Of a DNA stretch of 64,000 nt, positions 9,537 to 18,605 are shown in pieces. Made by a program: the position numbers and the translations under genes. The notes below the pieces were generated by a model, which searched no databases, was not told the origin of the DNA, and worked only from the letters and a program-made list of their open reading frames with translations. The stretch spans positions 61,174 through 125,173 of the forward strand of contig CAMTVK010000005.1 of assembly GCA_947085185.1 (NCBI GenBank), written 5' to 3'. Source of the stretch: Candidatus Fraserbacteria bacterium (GTDB lineage Bacteria; Bipolaricaulota; Bipolaricaulia; RBG-16-55-9; DRXL01). Within the stretch, counting starts at the first letter, position 1, and every line of letters starts with the position of its first letter.

Positions 9537-11036
9537 TCAGATGCTCTGAGTCGTCTGCTGTATGATACCCCAAAGTTCGCGCGGCGTCGAGGCCCCCTCT
9601 AAGACGTTCGTGAGGGCACCAACCCGCCCGTCTACAAGCGTCTTGAGATCGAGCATCACATCTCGCCCGTCTTGCGAGAGCGTGATGCGACCCCACGAGA
9701 GCGCACGAATCTGTGAAGAAAACTTGCGCACGCACAGCCCGCGAATGAACGCGCGCGTATCAGCCGGAGGATGGTCCATCGCTCGCACAACCTCTTCTTC
9801 GGTGACCAGGCGACGCATGGCTCCTTGGCGCTGCAGCTCATAGAAGAGACTCCGTTGCGGATCGAGAACGTGATACTCTAAGTCGAGGCTACGCACGATC
9901 TCCTCGTGCCAGCTCAGCTTCTCCGACTCAATGAAAGTCCGCAGCAGCTCGCGCTTGGCAACCCAGTCGAGCCGATCAGCGCATCGAGACGGATCGGCTT
10001 CGAGGTCGTCGAGCACGGATTCCCATGCGTCAAGGAGCCAATCGGTCTCGGCGTCGCGATGGCGAAAGAGCTCTTGGGCAGCCTTCAGATAAGCTCTCTG
10101 GACGTCGAGTGCTGAGATCGAGCCTACTTCTTCGAGCTCCACGAGCCAGCGGTACGAGGGATCGCGCGAGAGCTCTTTCAGTGTGCGCACGGGGTCCTTG
10201 AGGGTTCCCGGGGGACCGGAACCCGCTTCGAGCGTTGCGATCACGAGCGCTGTCGTTCCCACTTTCAGGGCCGTCGCGTACTCACTGAGATTGGCATCGC
10301 CGCAGATGACGTGCAGTCTTCTATACAATCTCTCATCGGCGTGGGGCTCATCGCGGCTATTGATGAGCGGGCGGCGGTCGAGCGTGTCCACGCTGCACAG
10401 CTCGGAGAAAAAATCGGCGCGTTGCGAGAGCTGATAGTCTGCTGAGCCATTGTCGCTCCCCACTCGGCCAGCTCCAGCAAAGAGAATGCGCGTCACCAAG
10501 AATGGGATCAGCCCAGCGATCAACTGTTCAAACGGCAGCCCGCGCTTGACGAGATAGTTCTCATGGCAGCCGTAGCTCATGCCGTGATAGTCAATATTAT
10601 TCTTGAAGATTGAGACGGGGCGTCCGGTCTGGCGGGCATACGCTTGGGCTGCTGCCCAGACGATGCGCTCGCCGGCTTTGTCGTGGGCGATCAAGTCGCG
10701 AAGCGACCGGCATTCGGGGGTGCTGTATTCAGGATGCCCATGATCGTGATAGAGCCGTGCGCCGTTCGCTAAGACTTTATCGGCGTGGTCTTCGGAAGCA
10801 CTCAGATATTTTCGCGAGGGTTTTTCGTACTGTGCGTCTTTGGGGTTGAGGGTGAGGGTTGGGGCGCGCCAGCCGCGCGCGTCGCGCAGAGGGTCTTCGT
10901 CGCGATAATCCCAGGGCTGAGCGCATGGTCCAGGGTAGCATCGGACGAGAGCCCTGGCTTCGTCCACCAGATCTGTGAGGGCGATCCCTTCGATGAGGAG
11001 TCCGTATTCGGTCTCAAGGCCGAGCAAGCGATCCAT
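9537..11036 (-). CDS. dop: Dop/PafA2-type deamidase/deconjugase
   Basis: LLGLETEYG, NGARLYHDHGHPEYSTPEC, YGCHENY, RDEPHAD, RRLHVICGDAN; start trimmed to MDRLLG because the longer ORF overlaps tRNA-Asp. Confidence 0.9.
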   Translation of the reverse strand: MDRLLGLETEYGLLIEGIALTDLVDEARALVRCYPGPCAQPWDYRDEDPLRDARGWRAPTLTLNPKDAQYEKPSRKYLSASEDHADKVLANGARLYHDHGHPEYSTPECRSLRDLIAHDKAGERIVWAAAQAYARQTGRPVSIFKNNIDYHGMSYGCHENYLVKRGLPFEQLIAGLIPFLVTRILFAGAGRVGSDNGSADYQLSQRADFFSELCSVDTLDRRPLINSRDEPHADERLYRRLHVICGDANLSEYATALKVGTTALVIATLEAGSGPPGTLKDPVRTLKELSRDPSYRWLVELEEVGSISALDVQRAYLKAAQELFRHRDAETDWLLDAWESVLDDLEADPSRCADRLDWVAKRELLRTFIESEKLSWHEEIVRSLDLEYHVLDPQRSLFYELQRQGAMRRLVTEEEVVRAMDHPPADTRAFIRGLCVRKFSSQIRALSWGRITLSQDGRDVMLDLKTLVDGRVGALTNVLEGASTPRELWGIIQQTTQSI

Positions 11037-11085
11037 AGGATTCATTATGCCAGAGAGTGGGGCTTCTGTCATATTGTGGGGACAG

Positions 11086-11114
11086 TTGACGAGATGTGTG
11101 CAAGCAGCTATAAT
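11086..11114 (+). promoter_or_regulatory. Sigma70 promoter for tRNA-Asp/Phe
   Basis: TTGACG-17nt-TATAAT, 10 nt before the tRNA. Confidence 0.8.
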
Positions 11115-11124
11115 GTGCGAGCAC

Positions 11125-11201
11125 GGGGGTGTGGTGTAGTGGCCTAACACGCTGCCCTGTCAAGGCAGAGATCGCGGGTTCAAATCCCGTCATCCCCGCC
11201 A
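11125..11201 (+). tRNA. tRNA-Asp(GTC)
   Basis: Acceptor stem GGGGGTG/CATCCCC, loop CT-GTC-AA, GTTCAAATC, encoded CCA. Confidence 0.95.
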
Positions 11202-11203
11202 GC

Positions 11204-11276
11204 GCCGAGGTAGCTCAGTTGGTAGAGCACAGGACTGAAAATCCTGGTGTCGGCGGTTCGAGTCCGCCCCTCGGCA
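11204..11276 (+). tRNA. tRNA-Phe(GAA)
   Basis: GCCGAGG/CCTCGGC stem, loop CT-GAA-AA, GTTCGAGTC; CCA not encoded. Confidence 0.95.
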
Positions 11277-11320
11277 CTGAAATTTGCACCGAATTCTCTT
11301 AAGAAGGGAGAAGAACCGTC

Positions 11321-11461
11321 ATGGCCGATAAGAAAGAGATACGAGCAGTGGAGATCCCCGAAGGGGAGGGGCGCTTGCCGTGGTGGGTTTGGGGCGCTGT
11401 CATCGCTTGGTTGATCTACGCGTTTCTGATCGGGCCGTTCGCTCTGACTAGCCCGCGTTAA
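11321..11461 (+). CDS. 46-aa single-TM protein resembling the CcoP/FixP N-terminal segment; not in ORF track
   Basis: MADKKEIRAVEIPEGEGRLPWWVWGAVIAWLIYAFLIGPFALTSPR*; AAGGGAG RBS; stop is 1 nt before the ccoN ATG. Confidence 0.7.
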   Translation: MADKKEIRAVEIPEGEGRLPWWVWGAVIAWLIYAFLIGPFALTSPR

Positions 11462-11462
11462 C

Positions 11463-12902
11463 ATGGCAAGGGGGATGGCGATGACAGAACAGCGCGCTAT
11501 AAAACTCTGGTTCTTCTCGGCGCTCTTGTGGTTGGCGTTGGGGCCCCTGATCGGTGCGCTGATGTCTCTGCAGTTTCTCTGGCCCAGCGCGCTCGATTTC
11601 TTAGCTGACTTGAACTTGGCTTATAGCAAGGTCCGCATCTTCCATACGAATCTCGTGATCTATGGCTGGATCGCCATGAGCTTAGTCGCCGCGATCTTCT
11701 ATATTATCCCTAAGCTCTGTGGTGTCCCGCTCAAGTACCCTCGGCTTGCGTATTGGGCTGGATGGCTCTGGAATCTCGCGCTTGTTTTAGACGTCGCTTT
11801 GATATGGGCAGGGATTGTAGGGAACCCGCTGCTCTCGATCCAGCCCTACGAGTATGCCGAAGCCCCTCTTATAGTAGATATTCTCATTGTGCTGTGCGCC
11901 GTCGCTATTATTGTTAGCGTGCACGCGACGGTGCTGGCCCGCACCAAGCCCACGCTCTATGTCTCCGTCTGGTACTTGCTGGGGGGGCTGTACACGACGG
12001 CGATCACGTATTTAGTTGGGAATTTCTTGGTGCTGGCGTTCACGGGCTTGGGCAATCAGATCATTCACGCCTGGTGGCTACACAACGCCGTGGGGTTGTT
12101 TATTACCCCATTGGGGCTGGGGATCGCGTACTATCTCATCCCCATCACGGCGCAGCAACCCGTCTATTCGCACCGATTGAGTATTATCGGCTTTTGGACC
12201 CTGATGGCTTTTTATCCGGGCACCGGGCTCCATCATTTCTTGCAGATGCCCATGCCCACGTGGATCGGCGAGTTTGCCGTGGTCAGCTCGGTGTTGTTAG
12301 CTATCCCGGTGCTCGCCGTCGTCGTCAATCACGTGGCGACGCCAGGCCCCAATTGGAAGCGCATCTTCGAGTCCTTCCCCTTGAGATTCGCGATCTTCGG
12401 CTCGGTCTATTATCTCTTTACGTGCATGCAGGGGGCGTTCCAGACGACCCATGCCGTCAATTGGTTCGTGCACTTTACGGAATGGGTCCAGGCTCATGCG
12501 CACTTGGCGCTGACGGGCGCGTTCACGTGCTACGGCATCGCTGCGATTCTCTATATCTTTCCGCGCGTGACCGGTCGGCAGCTCTACAGTCGCACGCTCG
12601 CAAGCTGGGTCTTCTGGATCATGGCCGTCGTGTTTCCCTTGTTTTATCTGGGGTTCACGCACTCTGGGCTGGTGACCGCGATCACCATCAATATCTTGGG
12701 CAACACCATCTATGAGACGATCTCGGCGGTCTGGCTGGCCCGATTCTTTAGAACGCTCATGGGTGTGGGGGTTGTCTTGGGCTTTTGGCTCTTGGGGTAT
12801 CTCATAGTGCGCTCGCTCCAGATTGGCCCGAAGTTCGAAGAGGGCATGAACGAGATCGCTGAATCCATTCCGGCGCGTGCCGACAGGATGGTGACGGCAT
12901 GA
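11463..12902 (+). CDS. ccoN: cbb3-type (C-family) heme-copper oxidase subunit I
   Basis: RIFHTN, WWLHNAVG, FYPGTGLHH (helix VII Tyr at C-family spacing), WVQAHAH; the start may be 11481. Confidence 0.88.
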   Translation: MARGMAMTEQRAIKLWFFSALLWLALGPLIGALMSLQFLWPSALDFLADLNLAYSKVRIFHTNLVIYGWIAMSLVAAIFYIIPKLCGVPLKYPRLAYWAGWLWNLALVLDVALIWAGIVGNPLLSIQPYEYAEAPLIVDILIVLCAVAIIVSVHATVLARTKPTLYVSVWYLLGGLYTTAITYLVGNFLVLAFTGLGNQIIHAWWLHNAVGLFITPLGLGIAYYLIPITAQQPVYSHRLSIIGFWTLMAFYPGTGLHHFLQMPMPTWIGEFAVVSSVLLAIPVLAVVVNHVATPGPNWKRIFESFPLRFAIFGSVYYLFTCMQGAFQTTHAVNWFVHFTEWVQAHAHLALTGAFTCYGIAAILYIFPRVTGRQLYSRTLASWVFWIMAVVFPLFYLGFTHSGLVTAITINILGNTIYETISAVWLARFFRTLMGVGVVLGFWLLGYLIVRSLQIGPKFEEGMNEIAESIPARADRMVTA

Positions 12903-13909
12903 CCAACCACCATCAGCCTTGGCAAGCTCCTAGTGAAGCTTCCGCGATCTATTGGGTCGTGGTCGTCCTCGTTGGGGCGGGAATTCTCGCGTTTATGCTC
13001 TGGGGGCTCTATGGGAGAATGCGCCCGCGAAGATGGACGACGGCGGGCTATCACGCCCTGGGCGCCTTAGTCATTATTATGACGCTCTTCACGCTCGTGC
13101 TCTATATCATTCCTGCCAACCAAGCCCAGCAGATTCCCCCTACGGCGCGTGCTTGGGACTGGAAGCCCAAAGAAGTTATCACAGACCCTGGAGGCTCACG
13201 CCTCGAGGGCGAGCCCTACCGGGGGTATTTGGTCTACCTAGCCAATGGGTGCACATACTGTCATACGCTCTATCTGCGCCCCGAAGATATAAAGACGGGC
13301 TGGGCTGAGGGTGCCCGCCCCGATGAAGTCTCTCAGATGGGGGATTTTGTGCGTTATCCGTTTACGATGCTGGGCACCCAGCGCGACGGGCCCGATCTTT
13401 CGGTCATCGGGCGCAAGATCCCCGATATGAAGTATCACATAGATCACTTGGTAGACCCACAGAAGTTCAAGCCCAAGTCAGTGATGCCGAGCTATCGCTA
13501 TCTCAGCGAGAGAGATCTTCGTGACTTGGCGGCGTTCTTAGTGAGTCTGGGCAACGAACCCCAGAAGCTGCGCGCGGGCGTGACCGTGCCGCCTCCGCCC
13601 ACGGAGGACCCGCGCGTTGCCAAGGGCAGAGAACTATATAGGAGTCTGGGGTGTGTGGCTTGTCATAGTGTAGATGGCTCGCCCAACGTCGGCCCTACTT
13701 GGAAAGGGCTCTTCGGCCGCGAAGTCGAAGTCACGCTGCCCGACGGATCTGCTCAGACTCTCGTCGCTGACGAAGAGTATCTCAAAGAGTCCATCGTGCA
13801 GTCGGGGGCGAAGATCGTCAAGGGCTTTCCGAACGTGATGCCCAGCTACGGGCAGCTCAGCGACGAAGAGCTCCAAGCGTTGATTGAATATATCAAAAGT
13901 TTGCGCTAA
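12899..13909 (+). CDS. ccoO: CcoO-like subunit II fused to a second cytochrome c domain (diheme)
   Basis: GCTYCHT, GTQRDGPDLS, SVMPSY; second CVACH domain; two N-terminal TM helices. Confidence 0.85.
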   Translation: MTNHHQPWQAPSEASAIYWVVVVLVGAGILAFMLWGLYGRMRPRRWTTAGYHALGALVIIMTLFTLVLYIIPANQAQQIPPTARAWDWKPKEVITDPGGSRLEGEPYRGYLVYLANGCTYCHTLYLRPEDIKTGWAEGARPDEVSQMGDFVRYPFTMLGTQRDGPDLSVIGRKIPDMKYHIDHLVDPQKFKPKSVMPSYRYLSERDLRDLAAFLVSLGNEPQKLRAGVTVPPPPTEDPRVAKGRELYRSLGCVACHSVDGSPNVGPTWKGLFGREVEVTLPDGSAQTLVADEEYLKESIVQSGAKIVKGFPNVMPSYGQLSDEELQALIEYIKSLR

Positions 13910-13934
13910 AATAATACTCGGAGGCTGATGCAGA

Positions 13935-14414
13935 TTGGACACTGTGCGTAGAGAGTTATTAGTTGTTCTGTCTGTCGTTCTTCTTTTGTTGACCGCTTGT
14001 GGCGGCGGCACGCAGCAGCCGGCCCAGCAACCGACTCCGCCCCCGGCAGCGAAGACGCCCCCGGCTACCCCACCGCCAGCGGCCACCGAAGATGCACAGA
14101 TCGCCCGCGGCAAGGAGGTCGCCGCCAATATGGGCTGCTTGGCTTGTCACACTATAGACGGCTCAGCCAGTGTTGGTCCTACGTGGCAGGGTGTCTTCGG
14201 TCATGAAGTCACGGTCGTCCTTCCCGACGGCACGGAGACGAAAGTCACGGCTGACGAAGCCTATCTCAAAGAGTCGATCTTGAACGCCGGCGCGAAGATC
14301 GTCAAAGGCTTCCCTAACGTGATGCCCAGTTACGAAGGGCAGATCAGCGATGAAGATCTCGAAGCGCTGATCGCGTACATCAAGACGCTCGCGGGCGAGC
14401 ACAAGCACAAGTAA
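13935..14414 (+). CDS. Monoheme cytochrome c lipoprotein
   Basis: Lipobox LTAC, Pro/Ala linker, CLACH, NVMPSY; a GTG start at 13944 is possible. Confidence 0.9.
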   Translation: MDTVRRELLVVLSVVLLLLTACGGGTQQPAQQPTPPPAAKTPPATPPPAATEDAQIARGKEVAANMGCLACHTIDGSASVGPTWQGVFGHEVTVVLPDGTETKVTADEAYLKESILNAGAKIVKGFPNVMPSYEGQISDEDLEALIAYIKTLAGEHKHK

Positions 14415-14432
14415 TCTGCGCCCTCCTCCTAC

Positions 14433-14470
14433 ACCTCTCTCCCTCTGCGAGGGAGAGGGGCTGGGGTGAG
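14433..14470 (-). repeat. REP-like palindromic intergenic element
   Basis: Minus strand reads CTCACCCCAGCCCCTCTCCCTC-GCA-GAGGGAGAG; related copy at 38152. Confidence 0.6.
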
Positions 14471-14495
14471 AAGAGAGGGCTGGAAAGAGACGAGC

Positions 14496-14858
14496 ATGGA
14501 TCCTCTCCATTGGCTGGGTATCTTGATGGGTCTGGGCGTCTTGATTCTACTCGGCTTGGCCGTCCTGCGCGGCGAGTTTGCGGAGATCGAGCGCCCCAAG
14601 TACGAGATGCTTGGCCAAGAGCTGCCCCGAGAGTCCAAGCCGGCGCAGCCAGGGCGCTTGGGCGTTGAAGACAGAATTATTCGGTTGGGATTGGCGATTG
14701 CTGGGGGGTATTACGCCTCGCGGTTTGGGTGGGGCACGCCGTTGGGGGTAGTTTTGGCCGTGCTCGCACTCTATGTGGGCGTGACGGCCATAGTTGCCCA
14801 TGATTATCTCTACAAAATCTTGAACATAGACACGCGCCTGCCGGAGCATCGGGGTTAG
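14496..14858 (+). CDS. CcoS/FixS-like maturation peptide fused to a DUF2892 (YgaP-like) membrane domain
   Basis: TM helix then AVLRGEFAEIERPKYEML (FixS-like); LGVEDRIIRL...LYKILNIDT (DUF2892-like). Confidence 0.65.
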   Translation: MDPLHWLGILMGLGVLILLGLAVLRGEFAEIERPKYEMLGQELPRESKPAQPGRLGVEDRIIRLGLAIAGGYYASRFGWGTPLGVVLAVLALYVGVTAIVAHDYLYKILNIDTRLPEHRG

Positions 14859-14968
14859 AAAAATTGAATCAAGATTGTAGCACGACGTGCGACAAAATAC
14901 CAATCTGGCATCCCCTCCGTCTATTGCGTAGAATAAATAGTCAGTGCTTAAGGAGGCGATCTTCTAAA

Positions 14969-16348
14969 ATGGAAGCGCAAGCACCAAAACAGATCAAGCG
15001 CCCCACGCTGTGGATCACCGGCGGAGTTGTCGTCGTCGCGGTCGTCGCAGCAGTCTTAGCCGTCTGGACCCTAACCAAGCCGCCCTCGCCCGCCGTCGGC
15101 GCTATCACTGCTTATACGCTCGACAACGGGCTGCGACTCATCGTCTATCAAGACACAACAGCTCCGGTCGTCTCGGTCAACGTCTGGTATCGCGTCGGCT
15201 CCAAAAATGAACCCCAGGGCAAACGCGGCATGGCGCATCTCATGGAGCACATGGCTTACAAGGGCTCCAAGAACGTCGGCCCCGAAGAACACTCCAAACT
15301 CATCGACCAGGCCGGAGGCCAAGACAACGCGTTCACGGGAGATGACGTCACCGGCTACTGGGCACGCTTGCCTAAAGAGAAGCTCGATTTGGCCCTCTAT
15401 CTCTTCGCTGAGCAGATGCACAATCTCGTGCTCACCCAAGAACACTTAGATTCCGAGCGCGAGGTCGTCAAAGAAGAGTGGCGTGTGCGCTTGGAGAACC
15501 AACCCGTCAGTAAAGCGTTTGATAAATTCAGAGATATTGCGTTCGCGGGCACGCCCTACGCCAAGGGCCCCGAAGGCTACATGGAAGATTTAGACAGCAT
15601 CACGCTCGAAGACCTTCAGAATTTCTATCAGACGTACTATGCCCCTAATAATGCCGTCTTAGTAGTCGCCGGGGATGTGCGCCCCGACGACGTGCTCGCC
15701 CTGACGAAGAAATACTTCGGAGAAATTCCCAAAGTGCAACTTCCGCCTCAGACCCCGGTCACCTTGCCCCCGCAGACCCAAATGCGCGAAGAGACTTTAG
15801 AGATGGCCGTGCAGTTGCCCGTCATCATTGGGGGCTATCAAGTGCCGGGCAGCGGACACCCCGACGAGCCGATCCTCGAAGTGGCTAACTTCATTCTCTC
15901 CAGAGGGCAGAGTTCTCGGCTCTACAGGCAGCTCGTCCGCGAGCAACAGATCAGCGTCGCTGCCGGCAGCTTCCCCTTGGTCTTCAAGGACTTGGGCACG
16001 ATGCTGATCTATGCGTTCTTCACCCCGGACAAAGACCCCAGCCACGTCAAAGAAGCCCTCTTGAAAGAGCTCGAACGTTTAGCGAGTGAACCCATCGATG
16101 ACACAGAGCTCCAGAAAGCGAAGAACCAGCTGACGGCTCAGTATATCTTCGGATTGGATTCGCTCTCAACCGTCGCCAGCAATATCGCAAAAGCTGAGAT
16201 GATTTACGGCGACTACAGGGAGTTCGAAAAGAGCAAGACCAAGTACGCCGCGATCACAGCTGCAGACGTGCAGCGCGTCGCGCAGACGTATTTCAAGCGC
16301 GAGAATCTCACTCTTGTCACCCTGAAGCCCGAAGGAGGCGCGCCATGA
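14969..16348 (+). CDS. M16 zinc peptidase, catalytic subunit, N-terminally anchored
   Basis: HLMEH (HxxEH), LDNGL, WYRVGS, NAFT, EREVVKEE, YAPNNAVL. Confidence 0.93.
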   Translation: MEAQAPKQIKRPTLWITGGVVVVAVVAAVLAVWTLTKPPSPAVGAITAYTLDNGLRLIVYQDTTAPVVSVNVWYRVGSKNEPQGKRGMAHLMEHMAYKGSKNVGPEEHSKLIDQAGGQDNAFTGDDVTGYWARLPKEKLDLALYLFAEQMHNLVLTQEHLDSEREVVKEEWRVRLENQPVSKAFDKFRDIAFAGTPYAKGPEGYMEDLDSITLEDLQNFYQTYYAPNNAVLVVAGDVRPDDVLALTKKYFGEIPKVQLPPQTPVTLPPQTQMREETLEMAVQLPVIIGGYQVPGSGHPDEPILEVANFILSRGQSSRLYRQLVREQQISVAAGSFPLVFKDLGTMLIYAFFTPDKDPSHVKEALLKELERLASEPIDDTELQKAKNQLTAQYIFGLDSLSTVASNIAKAEMIYGDYREFEKSKTKYAAITAADVQRVAQTYFKRENLTLVTLKPEGGAP

Positions 16349-18603
16349 GACAGTTCAAAAAGTTCCCGACGACTGAAGTCGCCGGCCCAGTAGATGAAAG
16401 CGTGCTGAAGCACGCTCAACAGCCCGCTTCAGTGGGCTTGCACATTTTGAGCCGGATGCTTCAGCATCCGGTCACCAAGTTCGTGCTCGTTTTGCTGCTC
16501 AGCTCAGGAGTCGTCTGGGCGCAGAGCAACGTCGAGCCCATTCAACTGCCCCCAATCAAGACGGTCACCCTAGAGAACGGGCTTAAAGTGATGGTGATCG
16601 AGCAGCCGTCGCTGCCCATCGTGCAGTTTTCGTTGCGCGTGCGCGCCGGAGCGATCCATGAGCCAACCGACCGCACGGGGCTAGCGACGTTCACTGCGAT
16701 GATGCTGCGCCAGGGGACGACCACCAGAACGGCCGATCAGATCTCAGAAGCGATCGACTTCGTTGGCGGCTCTCTGGGCGCAAGTGCTGATATTGAGCGC
16801 ACCGATGTGACCGCCCGTGTCCTGAAGAAAGACCTCCAAGTCGGCTTGGATCTCCTAGCAGATATCGTGCAGAACCCCAACTTCCCCGAAAAAGAGATGG
16901 GGATCATTCGCAATCAACTGATAGCCACCGTGCGCAGCACTTACGATGACCCCGGATCGCTCGCTGCGGCCCATTTCGATTTTGCGCTCTTTGGCACAAT
17001 TCACCCTCTGGGGCGAGCCATGAGCGAGCAGAGTATTAACACAATCACCCGTGACGATCTCGTCACTTTTCATGGGATGTACTATCGGCCCAATAATGCC
17101 GTGCTCGTTGTTGCTGGGGACGTCAAGGCCGACGAAGTCATGAATCTCATCAAGAGAGCGTTTGGCAGCTGGCAGAAGGCCGATGTTCTCCCAGCCCCGC
17201 TGCCGGAGCCCGTCAAACTCCAGGGCTACAAAGTGCGCTTCGTGCACAAGCCCGGACAGACCCAGACCCATATCGAGCTCGGACACTTTGGGCTGGCCGT
17301 CACTGACCCGGATTATATCACAACAGTATTAGCTAATTACGTGCTAGGCGGAGGGGCGTTCTCCTCGCGCTTGCTCCAGATAATCCGTGCCAAAGCCGGC
17401 AAGACATACTCGATCTTCAGCTACTTCCCCAGCTACAGCTTCCCAGGCTCTTTCAGAATTTCCACGTTCACCCGCAACGACCAAGCCTTCGAGACGCTCC
17501 AGATGATTCTGGATGAGTTCAAGAAGTTCAAAGAGCACGGGATCACCCAAGAAGAACTCCAAGCTGCCCAAGATAACATCGCCGGCAGCTATATTCTGAG
17601 ACTAGAGACGCTGTCGGGGTTGGCGACGACCGTGCTCAGTACCGACTTTTATGGGTTTCCGATGGACCGGATCAGAAATTGGCGCAAGCTGGTGCGCTCG
17701 GTGACGCTGGAGCAAGCAAACAAAGCGATCAGGGATCGCTTCGATCCGGAGAATCTCGCGATCGTCTTGCTCAGCGATGTCAAAATTTTAGAGGGCCGCA
17801 CAGAGCTCATCCCCGGGGTTTCTGTGGAGGGCGTCAACGTTGTGGATTGGACGGATTCCATCACGGCGCGCGCCAAGCCCTATACAGAATTTCTCGCGGC
17901 GATGGCTGCACCCAAGGGGCCAACAGAGCTGACCTGGGCTGCGCAGATCACTCCGGAAGCGAAAGTGCTCTTAGAAAAAGCATTTGCGGCTCAGGGCGGG
18001 TTTGAGAGACTGGCGCGGCTGCGCGACACGTACACAAAAGTGCGCGGGAGCATCTTCCAGGGGGGGCAAGAGCTCAAAGTCGAGGGCGAGGTCTGGATCA
18101 AGCTGCCCAACAAGCTGAGGCAGACTCTCACATTTGCGGGCGGGCAGGGCACCGTGATCTATAACGGGGTGCAAGGCTGGGCCGAATTTGGAGGGCGGGT
18201 GCGCGACCTGCCAGCGCAGTCGCTCGCGGAAATTCGTGAGTCCATCGAGTTCGACTCGCTCTTGGCCCTCTGGAACATCGCGCGGGCAGACTACAAGTTC
18301 GAGGTCGTCGGCACAGACCAAGTGGACGGAAGAGAGACTCAGATTCTCCGCATAACTACTGATCAGGGCAAATCCGCGGATTTCTTCTTCGACCTCCAGA
18401 GATTTGTGCCGTTGAAGATCGCGCTGAAGACGTCCCAAGGCACACTGAAAGAGCAACTGCTGAGTGACTATCGTCAAGTAGACGGCTTTTGGGTGCCGTT
18501 TGCCCTCAAGACGCTCGAAGATAAAGAGCTGACCGATAGCCTTGAGGTGTTGGAGTTCAAAGTGAACACCGGCGTGGGGGACGAGCAGTTTGAGAAGCCC
18601 TAA
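16345..18603 (+). CDS. M16 peptidase non-catalytic subunit with extra C-terminal beta-rich domain
   Basis: LENGL, GLATFTAMMLRQGT (no HxxEH), YRPNNA, LGGGAFSSRL, R.KAG.TY; signal peptide near Met at 16456. Confidence 0.88.
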   Translation: MRQFKKFPTTEVAGPVDESVLKHAQQPASVGLHILSRMLQHPVTKFVLVLLLSSGVVWAQSNVEPIQLPPIKTVTLENGLKVMVIEQPSLPIVQFSLRVRAGAIHEPTDRTGLATFTAMMLRQGTTTRTADQISEAIDFVGGSLGASADIERTDVTARVLKKDLQVGLDLLADIVQNPNFPEKEMGIIRNQLIATVRSTYDDPGSLAAAHFDFALFGTIHPLGRAMSEQSINTITRDDLVTFHGMYYRPNNAVLVVAGDVKADEVMNLIKRAFGSWQKADVLPAPLPEPVKLQGYKVRFVHKPGQTQTHIELGHFGLAVTDPDYITTVLANYVLGGGAFSSRLLQIIRAKAGKTYSIFSYFPSYSFPGSFRISTFTRNDQAFETLQMILDEFKKFKEHGITQEELQAAQDNIAGSYILRLETLSGLATTVLSTDFYGFPMDRIRNWRKLVRSVTLEQANKAIRDRFDPENLAIVLLSDVKILEGRTELIPGVSVEGVNVVDWTDSITARAKPYTEFLAAMAAPKGPTELTWAAQITPEAKVLLEKAFAAQGGFERLARLRDTYTKVRGSIFQGGQELKVEGEVWIKLPNKLRQTLTFAGGQGTVIYNGVQGWAEFGGRVRDLPAQSLAEIRESIEFDSLLALWNIARADYKFEVVGTDQVDGRETQILRITTDQGKSADFFFDLQRFVPLKIALKTSQGTLKEQLLSDYRQVDGFWVPFALKTLEDKELTDSLEVLEFKVNTGVGDEQFEKP

Positions 18604-18605
18604 GT

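Noticed and set aside
11037..11150. N-terminal extension of the Dop ORF in the track
   Set aside because: Overlaps tRNA-Asp and its promoter; family similarity begins at MDRLLGLETE
11463..12902. Nitric oxide reductase interpretation of subunit I
   Set aside because: Helix-VII Tyr and HNAVG motif are C-family features; the NorB HLWVEG motif is absent
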